From contig JBHGNT010000005.1 of assembly GCA_043228905.1 (NCBI GenBank), positions 23,498,001 through 23,562,000 on the forward strand: DNA of 64,000 nt, given 5' to 3'. How positions within the stretch are numbered: position 1 is the stretch's first letter; each line of letters starts with the position of its first letter. Positions 49,324-62,630 of the stretch are shown here, one piece after another. The notes beneath the pieces were generated by a model. The model made no database searches. It saw only the letters and a list, made by a program, of their open reading frames with translations, and was not told the DNA's origin. The stretch comes from Azolla caroliniana (lineage: Eukaryota; Plantae; Polypodiophyta). A program made the translations under genes and the position numbers.

Positions 49324-52027
49324 ATGCCTCAAGCTCCCCCGCCATCACGGCCCGCTCAACCCTCCTCATCACCCACACCTCTCTCACTCTCGCCTTCATC
49401 CGCCCTCGCCTTCATCCACGACGTCACCTCCCGGGCTGACCTCGTCCAATCCGAGGTCCTCCATTCCATCCTCCGCCGCAACGCGGGCACCGAATACCTC
49501 CACCGTGTGGTCGGCCTCGACTCCTCCGATGCTTCATCATTGCTCCACCAACCCGAGGCCCTTGTCGCCGCGTACAAGCGGCTCGCCCCCCTCGTCACAT
49601 ACGAAGATCTCCAGCCTTTCATCCGGCGCATCGCCGATGGCGATAAGTCGCCCATCCTCTCATCCCATCCCATCTCCGAATTCCTCACTAGGTACATACA
49701 TACATACATATACATGCACATATGTTGATCCATGGGATTGTTTCCTCCTTGATTAGGTATTTGTGGTACATTTTGAGGGTTTGGAATGCCCACCTGCCCG
49801 CCCGGGTTTAGGCATGTGTACATGGATTGTTTCCTCCTTGATTAGGTATTTGTGGTACATTGAGATTTAGGCATGTGTATGTTACACACTCTCTTTAGTG
49901 ATTTCTCAGCTCAGACAAGAGCCCAGCGGTTTGATTTGTCCGGGATGTGTTCTTGCAGCTCGGGCACGTCGGGCGGCGAGAGGAAGCTAATGCCGACCAT
50001 CGAGGATGAGTGGGAGCGGCGGAGCTTACTGTACAGCCTCCTTATGCCAGTGATGAGCCAGTATGACAATTGATTGAAAAGAGAGAACAAAAAAAAAAAA
50101 GGAAGATTAAGAAAGATCTTCACCTTTTCCATGTGAGAATTGATTTTGAGAAATAATTGGGAAATTTTTGGTATTGTGTGTTTTGCACAGGTACATGGAT
50201 GGGCTGGAAGATGGGAAGGGCCTCTACTTCCTGTTCGTGAAGGCAGAGACCCGGACTCCGAGTGGGCTCGTGGCGCGCCCCGTGCTTACGAGCTACTACA
50301 ATAGTGATTGGTTCCGGCGGCAAGCGGAGGTAGCAAGTAACCAATACACGAGCCCGGTGGAGGCAATACGGTGCCCGGACTCCACCCAGAGCATGTACTG
50401 CCAGCTACTCTGCGGCCTTGTCCAGCGCCACCAAGTGGTGCGCATTGGGGCCGTCTTCGCCTCGGGCTTCCTCCGGGCCATCAGCTTCTTGCAGAAGTGG
50501 TGGCCTGAGCTCGTGGCCGACATGGCCTCGGCCCCCGCATTGAGCGGCTCGGCTGTGACGGACCCCACGGCCCGCCGTGCGGTCGAGGTGCTTTTGCTAA
50601 CTCACCGAGGACCCGATCCTCGGGCCTTGGCCGAAGAGGTGGCGGTGGAGTGCCGGAATCCATCGTGGCACGGGATCATCCGCCGCCTCTGGCCCCGGGC
50701 CAAGTACATCGATGTCATCGTCACGGGGTCCATGGCACAATACATCCCGACCCTCGACTACTACTCCGACGGCCTCCCATTGGTCTCCACGATGTACGCG
50801 TCCTCGGAATGCTACTTTGGGATCAACCTCACCCCGCTTGCGCCCCCGTCCGCCGTCACCTACACCCTACTCCCCAACATGGCCTATTTCGAGTTCCTTC
50901 CGTTGGCCGCAGGCAATGAGAGCCAAGAGCCCAAGGCATACGACCTTGTCAATCTCGTCGACGTAGAGATCGGCAAAGAGTACGAGCTCGTGATCACAAC
51001 CTACACTGGTATAAGTTAATGGCACACACCAAGCTTTAATTCATGTTTACACTTAGTGTTTGATATTCGAAGTTATAGTTTCAGCCTCATAAATGTCAGT
51101 AGCCATAAAATTTGAATTTGTTTTTACATTGTGAAACAATCAATCCCTTCAAGACACTGGGCGGTATAGGACCTACCGTTATTGGGCTTGTCGAAATAAA
51201 ATGGAAAGTTCGTGATGTTGTGAACATTGAGCATTACATCATTGAGCTTGTCTAGATGAGATGGAGCACAGTCCATTGGAAAGTGCATGAGGTTGAACAG
51301 TGAGCATTGTAAGGGGGACACAAAGAGATCAATACGAGGGAAAATGTGGATTTAAAACTTATTATGTTGTCTCTTTTATCCACTGGAGCTAAATTCTTGT
51401 TGCCCTATGACCACAGGTTTGTGCCGGTATCGAGTGGGCGACGTGCTCCGAGTGACAGGGTTCCACAACAAAGCCCCACAATTTCAGTTTGTGTGTAGGA
51501 AGAACGTAGTCTTGAGCATTGACTCCGACAAGACGGATGAGGAGACCCTAATGAGGGCAATAAAGGTGGTGACAACAAAGCATTTAGCTAAGGCGAAATG
51601 GAGGCTAGTTGAGTTTACAAGCTATGCTGACTTGAACAGTATACCCGGGCATTATGTTCTCTTTTGGGAGCTAAGCAAAGTCGATAAAGAGGAAACTATT
51701 AGTGGAGAAAATCAAATGGACACCCATGAGATGTCGAGCCTTCTTGAGGATTGTTGTCTAGCAATAGAGGATTGTTTGGATTCAGTCTACAGGCAAGGAC
51801 GGGTATCGGATAAATCAATAGGGCCACTTGAGCTTCGTGTAGTGGCAACGGGTACTTTTGACGCATTAATGGACTATTGTTTGGCTAGTGGATCGTCGAT
51901 CAACCAATACAAAACTCCGCGTTGTGTTAAGCACCCACCCATCGTTGAGCTTCTCAATTCGAATGTGACACACCATTTCTTTAGCCCCAAGCTCCCTTTT
52001 TGGGCACCTGGCCAAAGAGCTACTTGA
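49324..52027 (+). CDS. GH3: Group II GH3 acyl-acid (IAA) amido synthetase, 632 aa; exons 49324-49691, 49959-50060, 50191-51008, 51417-52027
   Basis: MPQAP start; [51 protein letters not shown]; GT-AG introns in phase; 1899-nt CDS. Confidence 0.96.
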
Positions 52028-52129
52028 ATCTAATAGTTAGAAACCTTTTCTTTTTCTTGGGAATTGAACCAAATCTTTTCGGGTTCGCATCTCTACTAGG
52101 ACATAGTTATTAGACAACGAAAATACACA

Positions 52130-55100
52130 TTCACATCATTTTCTATGACAATCACTACTTGTCCTCCCTTCTTTTTTGTAAAGTTTTGTTCTTAGGAAAT
52201 GACTTCCATCTTCCTTAAATATACTTTTGTGAAAATGACTCTCTCTCTCTCACACACACACATTATAAAAGCAATTTGAGCTCTCGACAAAAGGTGCATA
52301 TGGTCGAAAATGACACTCATTTCATTTTAAACTTCTTGACGAAGTCTTGTCCATGGTTAATTTGTGAGATCATAGTTGGCATATAAATTATTGTACTAGA
52401 GTACTAGTGATTGGATATGAACAAGGCCAATTTCACCAACAAAACAACTATTTATTTTTCGTTGTCTCACTTTAAAAACTTGTGCAAGCTTGTTAAAACT
52501 TGGAGTGGTTGTCTATTACACAACCAAGCAAATTTTTTTTGCCATTCTATATGAGGGATTGTATATAATGATTGAGTTTCACTTTAAATTGTCTCGATCG
52601 TGCCAAATCTGTTGTGAGACCTTGTTCATATATCCACCAATAGGAACAATTAAGAGCTATGTTGAGTACGTGGTGGAACATCTAAGATACTCATTGCTTA
52701 CAATAGTTCTTACAAGTAATTGAAAGTAAATAATAGTGGTTGGTTAGATGCTCAAACAAACTCAAAGATGCTTCTGTTCTAGTCGAACCACTATTGGTCA
52801 AAGGTTAATTTTCAGAAAGAGGTAAATTACGTTACTAGTTGAAAGATCTTGAAGCAAGAAATCACATACATTAAGCAAGAAATTTGCAAAATGTACTCTT
52901 TCATTGATGAATTTACTGAAAATGTATACTTACCACCAATGTGAAAATTTGAGTATTGTTGTAAATACTTTCTTCAGGTAGAACAAATCGTAATTTTGTC
53001 AACTATGACTAACTTGGCCGAAGTGGTTCTTGAAGTTTGAGAAATGGGAAGGAGATGAATGACAAGAAGTGTACATAACATCTAATGCATTTTAATCTAG
53101 CATTTGCTCAATGCACTAAAAATATACACGACCACTCATGCTTTGCGTGATCGCCATAAATCTTATGCTTAAATACTCATGATCTTCGTTTGTACAAAAG
53201 TTTTTTAGGCACCTTTCATCCTAGTTAAATAAAAGTACGGCGTAGTAATCAAACGAAATTAATTTAACTAATATGCTAAAGTAAACATCAACCACAAGTC
53301 AGGCAAAATATTAGCCTCTAGATTTGCAAGAAAAATTCTCTAGTTGCATCAAAAACGTTTTATATGGAAAATAATTGATCCCATTATAATCATTATCTAG
53401 GATAATAATACTAGAATAATATCCACCAATAATTCACTACCAAGGACAAGTAATTGACGAATATGTGATATGGAATTCAATATTACCGAATGTAGTGTTT
53501 TTTCCGTTTGTCCCTGTTACTTGAAAGCAGCGTGTAAAATGCACTAGAGAAATCATGCCATGCTAGTTGTTGGTGATTACAGTAGGTGAGGTGAAGATTG
53601 CACAACTAAGCATATAAATGTAAAATATGATAAGATAACTTCATCAAAGAAAGACCATGGAACAATGATAAATTCTTTATATGAGAACAATAAGATCCAC
53701 CCGTATCTCTTTAGTCACCAATTAGCATTCCTACAATTGTTTTTGCCAAATTTTCCGTGTCACATAAAAAATTACTGCCTGTAAACAAAAAAATAATTTC
53801 TCTATGCAAGTGCGTGAAAATAAAAAACAGAATATCAAGAAATATATTAAGCTTCTTCCTTGTTATCGTGTTAAAAGGGACAAACAATGTAAGTTCCTTC
53901 TAAAGACGACATGAATCAACTCGGTTTTCAAATAACATGCCACTTTGAATTGAGCTAGTCACTTCTTGTCGATACATGAAACTTTTAGTCATAATTCTGG
54001 ATGCAAAAGTATCCTTTGCACATTATCCGTAGGCTTTTACAAATATATATCATCCTTTACTAAAGGCTTGCATTTTGATGGTGTGCTTTTTTTACTAATG
54101 ATCCATTGTACTTGTTTTGAATGGACGAATTTGTAGAAAGTATATAATATACAAGGTGGTACAAAGGGATTGATCCTAATATTTTAGGCCATGTGGTCCA
54201 CATTAATGCCTTGGGTGGTATAACAATTCAATAAGGATGCACTATTAAAATCTTGCTTGTACTTCACACCAATTCTTTCATGCACGTGCATTGCGAGGTT
54301 CGAACTTACCATCATGGATTAGCTTACTAGAGTCTAGACATTCCATGACCAAGATATTTGTTAGACTGCGATTGAACTGCGTGAGCACGAAACATGGATC
54401 TAATTTTATTTGTTTTGTTTTGATCCATTATATGAAATGATTATATGACCTTTCACCCATTTCATGATACTTAGTAACTTCATAGTCAGTAATCTTCAAC
54501 CATTTGCCATTTCTCTAAATGGTCTTCAAAAATGATTTAGGTTTAGAATGTCCACACACATAATGAAACCTAGTCTATGAAAAGTGTGCGCCATTTCACT
54601 AGTAGTCAATGATTTATTTCCTCGCACCCCTTCTTGCAATGTTAGAGGAGACATGCATTATTCTCAAAATTTCACATAGCATAATGTTTAGGCATATCAA
54701 TACAAATTTAACATAAGGAAAACCAAAACAAGCAAAATTTCTCACTCAATCATTTAGTTGTAACTGGTACCTAATGGAATGGCGTAAGTATGTTATGCAG
54801 AACCACCCGATATATGGACTAGGTACAATAAAATTAATCCTCATCTATATTATTCAATCATAGGTATGTCGTACAATAACTTGTCTCACTAAAGTTTTCA
54901 AATACAATGTTTTAACTTTTTAAAGTCATTACTTTATCAGAAAATATTGTCGTTTGGTTTGATACCAGATTTCTATTTTTCAAAGTCATCACCTTGTAAA
55001 TATTGGCTTTTGGATTTGAAGTAGAAATTTTTGTTTTGATTTTTTATTGCTAAACCTCTCCAAAAGCAAATCTCAAAGAAAGCATAATGAGGTGAATTAA

Positions 55101-58100
55101 ACCAAAACCTATTGAAGAATTTGGATGAATTATTGTTTTTGTTTTATTGGTTTGCCTTAATAGTATAATTATTCAAATTTTGTTCACCAAACCAAGTTCA
55201 TAAACAATTGTGTAATAAACTCAATTGAATTGAGAAGCCTAGATGTTCTTGGTTTTCATGCATAAAATTTGAGCCTTGCATTAGATAAAAGTGTCTAATT
55301 ATTTAATGATATGCCAAACTTATACTACCAATTTCAATTTCTAAAAGGATGACATGTCATTCAACATGAAATTGTACCAAGGGCCCCATGCCATGGCTGG
55401 TTTCAATGGGCTTCTTCAACAAATCTTAAATAATTTTCTTCTCTCTCTCTCTCTCTCTATGTTTGAATATAATTAAATTGATTAGCATATTATTATACCA
55501 TTGCCCCAAAGTGTTAAAGCTCTCTCGCCATATATTGGAATTCCTCAATAGTGTTAGAATCCTTCATGGCAAAGTGCCATCCATTGCATCTAACCTTGAG
55601 CTAGACATGTTGATGTCATTGTCATCTTCGCAATGCATTTATTCATCCTAATACACCACCGCTTATTCAATAGCCTTTTGTTGGTCTCAACTATTTATGT
55701 CATTGTTGGGAAGCTACTTCAGAATCATCATCTGTATGCTACATATCTTCCAACACACGATAGTAAGGTACCTAACGGAACAACCCAAGCTATGTCAATG
55801 TGAATATGAGAGTCACTAATGAATAGATTGTGAAAAACTGTGAAAGCACTATTACGACGATGTATATTGTGAGGCATTGCACATACACAAATCATAGAAA
55901 AAATTATGGGTTTGTAATAAAAGAACACGTGGGCATATACCTCAATTATTGTTGAAATGAATGGTATAAGTGGTAATGGAAGGTTAGAGTTCATGAAAGT
56001 AGTGCCTTGTGGAAAGGACCAAAACCAAATCAAATATCTTTAAGTTAGTTTGGGTATCACCTTTGAGTAGGATGTTACTAGACCAAACAAAAAATGGAGT
56101 ACATCACTATCGCTTTCCTTTGCTCACTTGTTCTCCTTTCTTTTTAGTAAATGTTGTTCTTAGAAAATGACCTCATGTTTCCTGAATAAACTTTTGTGAA
56201 AACGATTGTTCAAAATCTCACACTCTCTCCCCTTTTACAAGTACTCAAAGCAGATTTAGTACCCGACCACATATTTGGTCGAATATGACACTATCTATCT
56301 AGCCTTCACTTTATATTGCTAGAGCCTTGTCAAATTCACGAGATTCTTCGTGGATATAACAACATAACCATCTTATTTTTGCCACTTTGTTAAAGATTGA
56401 ATATGCCAAAGGCCAATTTAATCATTAACACAACTATCTACTTTTTGTTGGGTCTACCAAAGTTTGGAGATTATAAAGCCACTTGCATTTACATTATTTG
56501 CTAGTTTCACTTTAAATCCTTTGAACCTTGTCGATCCACGATTCATTTATTTTTGTCGAGTTTGCTAACATTGGACATGCCACTCTATTCTCCATGTGAG
56601 AACCCTATTGTTGATTATTGAGCACTAAAAGATAATTATGCAAAGATGCACAAGTTAGAAGAATTGATAAGGATAAACACTACAAGTTGTAATATAGGAA
56701 TGTGCAATATCCACTTATGGATGACGATGAATGTGAATAGTGGTTCTCTTGAAAAACCAAACAAAGTAGTTGATCTTCTTCAAATACGAGATGTACAGGT
56801 TGAAGAAGTATTGAATGGCTCATAACTATGACATGAGAGGGTTTCTTTCTGAATAGAGCTACTTTTGTTGTTGTCTATGGATATGGATAACTTGCAATGT
56901 GTATGGGGAATAGATTGTAATTACTGGACTGTTTTCTCTATGTTGGAGTACATAGATTTGTATCCTCAACCATTATCTTACACAAGACGGGCTTGGGAAA
57001 AAATACTTTGTATGTTGAACCGTTATGACCTTTCTATATAACTAACGGAAGGATATTTGTTTTGGAAAAAAGAAAGAAGGATCAATCCGAGGATAAGGTG
57101 GAGAACTTTAACCAGACATTGCAAGTTAAGGTACATACTTTTGTTGGAAGCCAACACTAAGTGGAAAACAACAATTGGCTGTTTCCATTTATGAAGGCAT
57201 TGGACAAAAGACAAACTTAAAAAGTTGGTTTCTTCAAACGAAAGAAACGTTAGGGAAGAAGTATCAATGCCTCCAATTAGTCATATGGTTGATATCGAGG
57301 AATAGTAATGTGTTCAAGAATAAAGACATCAATGTTACCAAGTGTTATTTAAAGGTTTGACAACATGTAGTAATTATGTGTTCCAAAGGACAAATTTTGT
57401 GACATGTTGTCAAACGACTCATTTTATCTGAATCATGTCATGTAGGGTAGGAGGCATAAATATTCTGTTGTGCAATTGTCCACTGCTATAGAGTGACACC
57501 ACTAAACTTGTTGTGGAGCTTTAGTCCTAACCAAAAGAATAAACTCCTTTTTTGGTGGATGGCCTAGGCCTTAGGGTTTAATATACTAGTTTGTCATCTT
57601 AATTTAATTGAAAGATTTAAGGGAGGTTGCATTGAATAATATTTTGGAAATATTTGTGTGATTGAGTAACAACTTTTCTAAATCAAATCTCCATCTTAAG
57701 GTGATATTCTAGTTGTACTCTTTCCCGAAAAACTTTCTATAAGATAATAGATTTTTCAACCCACTCTTGATCATTTCCCTATGATATAGTAGAATAATAT
57801 CCATCAATAATTCACTACCTAGTGAAAGCAATTCAAAAATCCTTCATAGGAAATTAATATTCTATTACTAATGGGTATCCTTTCATCTAAATGTAGCCAT
57901 TGAGGAAAGTGAACCAATGAGAGTTTGTATTGTGAAGAATATATCCATTGGAGCTACAAGTAGATGCTTGGGTTACAAATCAGCAAAAAAATAGTGAAGT
58001 AATAATGTGAATGTTACTTGTCGATAATTGAAGGATATGTTGCATACATATGTGAACATCTTATGAAAAGTAATGGGACATAATTAATTCTATGAGAGAG

Positions 58101-58950
58101 TGATACAATATACCCACTAATTTTCCCACCACAAACTTTGTAATCCATTTCCCTTTGATATCCTTCCTCACATAACAAATTACTAGCCATGAAAAGAGAA
58201 CCACTCTATGCAATTGTGTGGTAAAACGAAATATGATATTGCAAGATTTGTAGGAGGAAGGGTAGCGTGAGTTTTGTTGTTTTCCTCCGTGTTGTATGAT
58301 ATCGATTCCACTAAGGTTGTCTTTGTGGATGCTAGAGGTGAACTTTGATGTATTTTGTTTACTAACTAATGTGATATTAAGCCACAATTAAGTTATTTAT
58401 GCAATGTGGTGATGTAAAGTGAATGACATGCCAACCATGGGGAAAGTTGACCTCTAGCTTTTGATATATTTTAATGCATCTTTACTATAGATTTTTAGTG
58501 GTCATTTTCCTATGAGCTAGAAAATCCTTTCTTCTTAATTGTTGAGTATCTAGACAAGTGCTCGGTAAAACTCATTTTCATCTTGCTAGAGTACATTATG
58601 CACCTATCTTTACTACCCAAGTGTGATGAAAGCATAACCAAAACTCTTAGGAACTGTGCCTTTACCATAAGACACATATTATCAATTTGAAAATAGAACA
58701 TCAACAAGCTCCTTTCGAAAGCCCATGTATGAAAAGTATTAAAAAATAACAAATCAAGTTGAAATCCTTGCAAATGCTTATAGGTTTTAGCTATAATCTT
58801 CAAATAGAAGGTTCATGCAACACATTATCCATAGGCTTTACAAAAAGATGTCATATTTCTTGCATTTTGATGTATGTTTTTTTTAGTAATGATCCATTGA
58901 ACTTATTTTAAATGAATGATTTGTATCTAAACAATAAAATATACAAGGTG
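52130..58950 (+). repeat. Old direct duplication of GH3 downstream DNA (~52130-54160 vs ~56100-58950)
   Basis: Collinear shared blocks near 52187/56154, 52302/56276, 53412/57790 and 54019-54158/58821-58950. Confidence 0.75.
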
Positions 58951-58959
58951 TTGAATCTT

Positions 58960-60307
58960 CATCTTTAACATTACACTCCATGAAGCGCTTCAATCATCAA
59001 AAAATTATATGTGCTTGATTATAGATGGCATGGATTAGAACAAGACTTGTTTGCTGCACTTTCGAAGGTTGCCTAAGGACATTGGAGATGAATGCCTTGT
59101 TCAAATGCATTTAGTAGGTTGCTTGTCGTACTTTCCAACAATAAGGCCTCAAGTCTTCTTAACTTATCATAATATCCGAAACGACCCTAATCTTATAGTA
59201 ATAGTCTTGGCAAAGGTATTCTCCTGCCAGTTCTATATGTACAACTCGACAACATAGCTAGAGAAAACAAAAACTCGACTATGTTCGGTTATTTAAGCAT
59301 GCTAGTAGAGAGGCACATATTTAAGAAGTTTAAGGTCAACTTCTTACTAGTTGGTCATACCCATGATCATATAAATCAAATGTATAGTAGGTTCTCAAAG
59401 AATTAGCAAGATGTGATGCTTTCACACTTCTTGCACGATCGAAGTTGATCATAGAAGCTTATATCCCAAAGGCAGAAGTACACAATTCAAATGACGTGTA
59501 TGATTTTAAAAGGTTCTGCATGGATAGTGATGGGACTCAAAGTAGGGTTCTTGCACCACTTAATAATATAAGTTTCAACCACGTCTTCCTCATAAAAAGA
59601 AGTTCTATGAGCCAAAACGCGACGTTGTTGTATGCCAAACAATACTCACCTAGTTCACAATAGGAGCCACAAGAGGGTTGTAGGATCTTATTGCATTTTC
59701 CAGATGTGGAAATCCATGGTGCAGAACAAATGCCATATGACAACCATAAAAAATTTGCATGAGCTACAAGTTGGTATGTTGGTTGCAACATTAGCTAGGG
59801 GTGATGAATTGGGCCATCCCTTTTGAATTGTTAAAATTCTTGAATAATGAACGATGAACAAGGCAATCAAGTCAAGTCCATTTTAGTTCATTGGTATCAC
59901 ACCTCTTCCCCAAATGCATTTACTAGAAAGTACTCTTTAGAAATGGTTAAGGATGTCGGAGGCACAAACAAAAAACGAAGAAGAAAAAATCTACCGAGCA
60001 CGTCGACTCTTACTCTAGATAATGTAGACATACTAGTGTGTGACTTCTCTATGACCAAAAGAGACATCTAAGACAGAACACAATCAAGATAATAAAAGAG
60101 AAGATCCCAAATGTGGTTCCCCACATGACACAAAAACAAACAAGGAGCATGTCTCATAATCACGGTGACATTTGATTGCAATTGGATGAAGACAATGCGT
60201 TGGTTGCTAGTGATTATGCGGATGGGACCTCACAAAGCTCTTCTAGTTCATCGGATGGGTCTGAAAATGACAACATATCTTTGGGAAGTGATAGTTCTGA
60301 TACATGA
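58960..60307 (+). pseudogene. Degenerate Sola-type (DUF7869-like) transposase, 3' half
   Basis: Frameshifted Y.QLDN..RENKN, then FGYLSMLVERHIFKKFKVNFLLVGHTHDHINQMYSRFS; C-terminal VGMLVATL..HPF..VHWY..DILVCDFSMTK and an acidic tail. Family assignment is from recalled motifs. Confidence 0.7.
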
Positions 60308-60599
60308 ATTGTAAATATTGTATTTTACATCAAAATGTCAATTCACGAATATGTATAAATATAGGTGGTAGTCATTTTGTAAATTTTGCACATTCTTTTG
60401 TAAGTTTGGCGTGTATTATTTAGGCATTTTTGGAAAGCTCTAAACTTTTGGACATGCTAAAAATCAATATGTTCTTGGTCATTTTGGAAATACCTTTACG
60501 CATGCGACACCCATTTTTGTGAAACGACCTATTTTGTGCTTTTTTTTGGCGAACAATTCTTAAAATGCAACATATTACCTGTTTCAAATGACCCAGTGT

Positions 60600-62630
60600 T
60601 TCAATCAAAGAAAACAACACATGGGAGTTGGTTTCACTATCAACCGACAAAAAGTTGTTGCCATGCAAATGGGTGTTTCAGATACAAGTATGTATCTGGT
60701 TCGGATCAACCCAAATACAAGGCTCGGTTCATCGCGAGGGATTTAAGCAAGAATAGGGCATCGATTACCATGAGATCTTTTCTCCCATAGTCAAGATGAC
60801 GACCCTTCGGATTGTACTAAGAATTGTCGCAACCGAAGCCCTAGAGCTTGAGCAGATGAATGTCAAGATGACTTTTCTGCACGGAGATATGGATGAAGAC
60901 ATATATATGTCTCAATTGGCAGGCTTCACGGTGACGGGGGAGGAAGGTCACCTCATTTGTCGATTGAAGAAGAGCCTTTACGACTTGAAGCAACCATCGT
61001 GAATGTGGTGTCAAAAGTTTGACTCCCACATCCGACAACTTGGATAGAGCCGATCTGACTCCGATCCATGCAAGTACGTACGGGACATATCCGAAGACTC
61101 TAGAATTTACCTGATCTTATACGTGGGTGACATGCTCATCGTAGGATGCGATAGAGCCAAAATCGGGAAATTGAAGTGGAAACTTCACGAGAAATTCCCG
61201 ATGAAGGAACTTGGAGACGCTCGACATATTCTAGGCATGAGAATAGAGCGAGACAGGGCAAAGAAGATCCTACGGCTCTCCTAGACTGAGTCTATTTGAA
61301 AGGTGCTGAAGCGATTTAATACGGACAAGTCGTAACCCACACCGCCTCTGGTCCCAACGTCGATCCGACAATAAGTAAGAGAATCTCCCTCCAAAGAGGT
61401 TGAGAAAGAGAACCTGAGAAAGATCCCCTACACATCACAGTAGGAAGTCTCATGTATGCAATGGTAGCCACCTGACCCGACCTTGCATATGTCGTAGGTG
61501 CTACCACTCGATACATGTCAAATCTAGGGAAGAAGCATTGAGAAGCAGTCAAGCACATATTTTGATACCTTTTGGGAATAGAGAATATGATGACATTCAG
61601 TTCGGGACATCTGACTGAGGTTGAAGGCTATACCGACTCCGACTATGTAGGAAATCTCGACAATTGGAAGTCGACATCAGGTCACATGTTCACCTACTCA
61701 GGTGGAGTGATTTCATGGAGGTCGAAACTCCAAGATTTTACGGCCCCGCCACAATAGAGGCCGAATACATAGCCACATCTGAAGCAACAAAGGAAGCTAT
61801 CTAGCTGCAACGACCGACGATCGACTTTTTGACCTAGAGTTGAATCGTCCACACCGCTCCGACCCTGATTGCAACTCAGAGAGCACAATAAACCCCGTGC
61901 GAAATTTAGTTTATCATTCAAAGACGAAGCACATAGAGGTGAGGTATCATCACATTCGGGAGCTCGTCATCGACAAGAAGCTTGAAGTTTGAAAGATCGA
62001 CATCGAGGTGAACATCATTGATTTCCCGACCAAGCCGCTCCTAGATTATCGTTTCAGAGCATTTAGAGGACAAATGGGACTACAACAAGCTAGAGAGAAT
62101 GATATAGCAAAAGGAGGAGAAATGCACAAGTCAAAAGAACGAAGAGTCGACCAAGCTGAAGAGCCGATCAAGCTGAAGGGCCAAGAAGCTAATTGAGCTG
62201 ATTGAGGCGACAAAGCAAAAGAATTGACAATGCCGACCAAATCCAACTCGACCCGATTCGAAGAGTAGTTCATAGGTTGTACTTCTCTAACAGATTGTAC
62301 TTAGGTTTACCGGGGATCTGACCCCTCCCCTAACTATTGTATTAATTAGAGTAGTCCTTTTACGTGGGAGTTTGTTGGGCCAAAAGGTCCTACTCCAACC
62401 AAACCATTGTATGTCTAATGTGTACTAATCTTGGAGTTAGGGCAAAGCCCATTCATGTATAAATAGGAGGTACTTACCCCTTGTAATTATGATGCAGAGT
62501 AATATAACGTCTCTCTTTGCCAAAACAGTCTCTGTGTACATTCTTTGTGTATAACTGATTGTAGGAATAAGAAGATAACAATCTCATGCTTACTCTACAT
62601 TTGTTGGTTCCTCATCCAGATCAATACACA
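60600..62630 (+). mobile_element. Degenerate copia 3' half (RT, RNase H, PPT, 3' LTR from ~62373)
   Basis: YKARFIA, QMNVKMTFLHGD, RLKKSLY, GYTDSDYVG, KTKHIEVRYH; 'gtgggagtt' then tgttggg. LTR end tentative. Confidence 0.85.

Noticed and set aside
49731-49880. ~40-bp duplication in GH3 intron 1
   Set aside because: Real but an ordinary slippage-type duplication with no sign of function.
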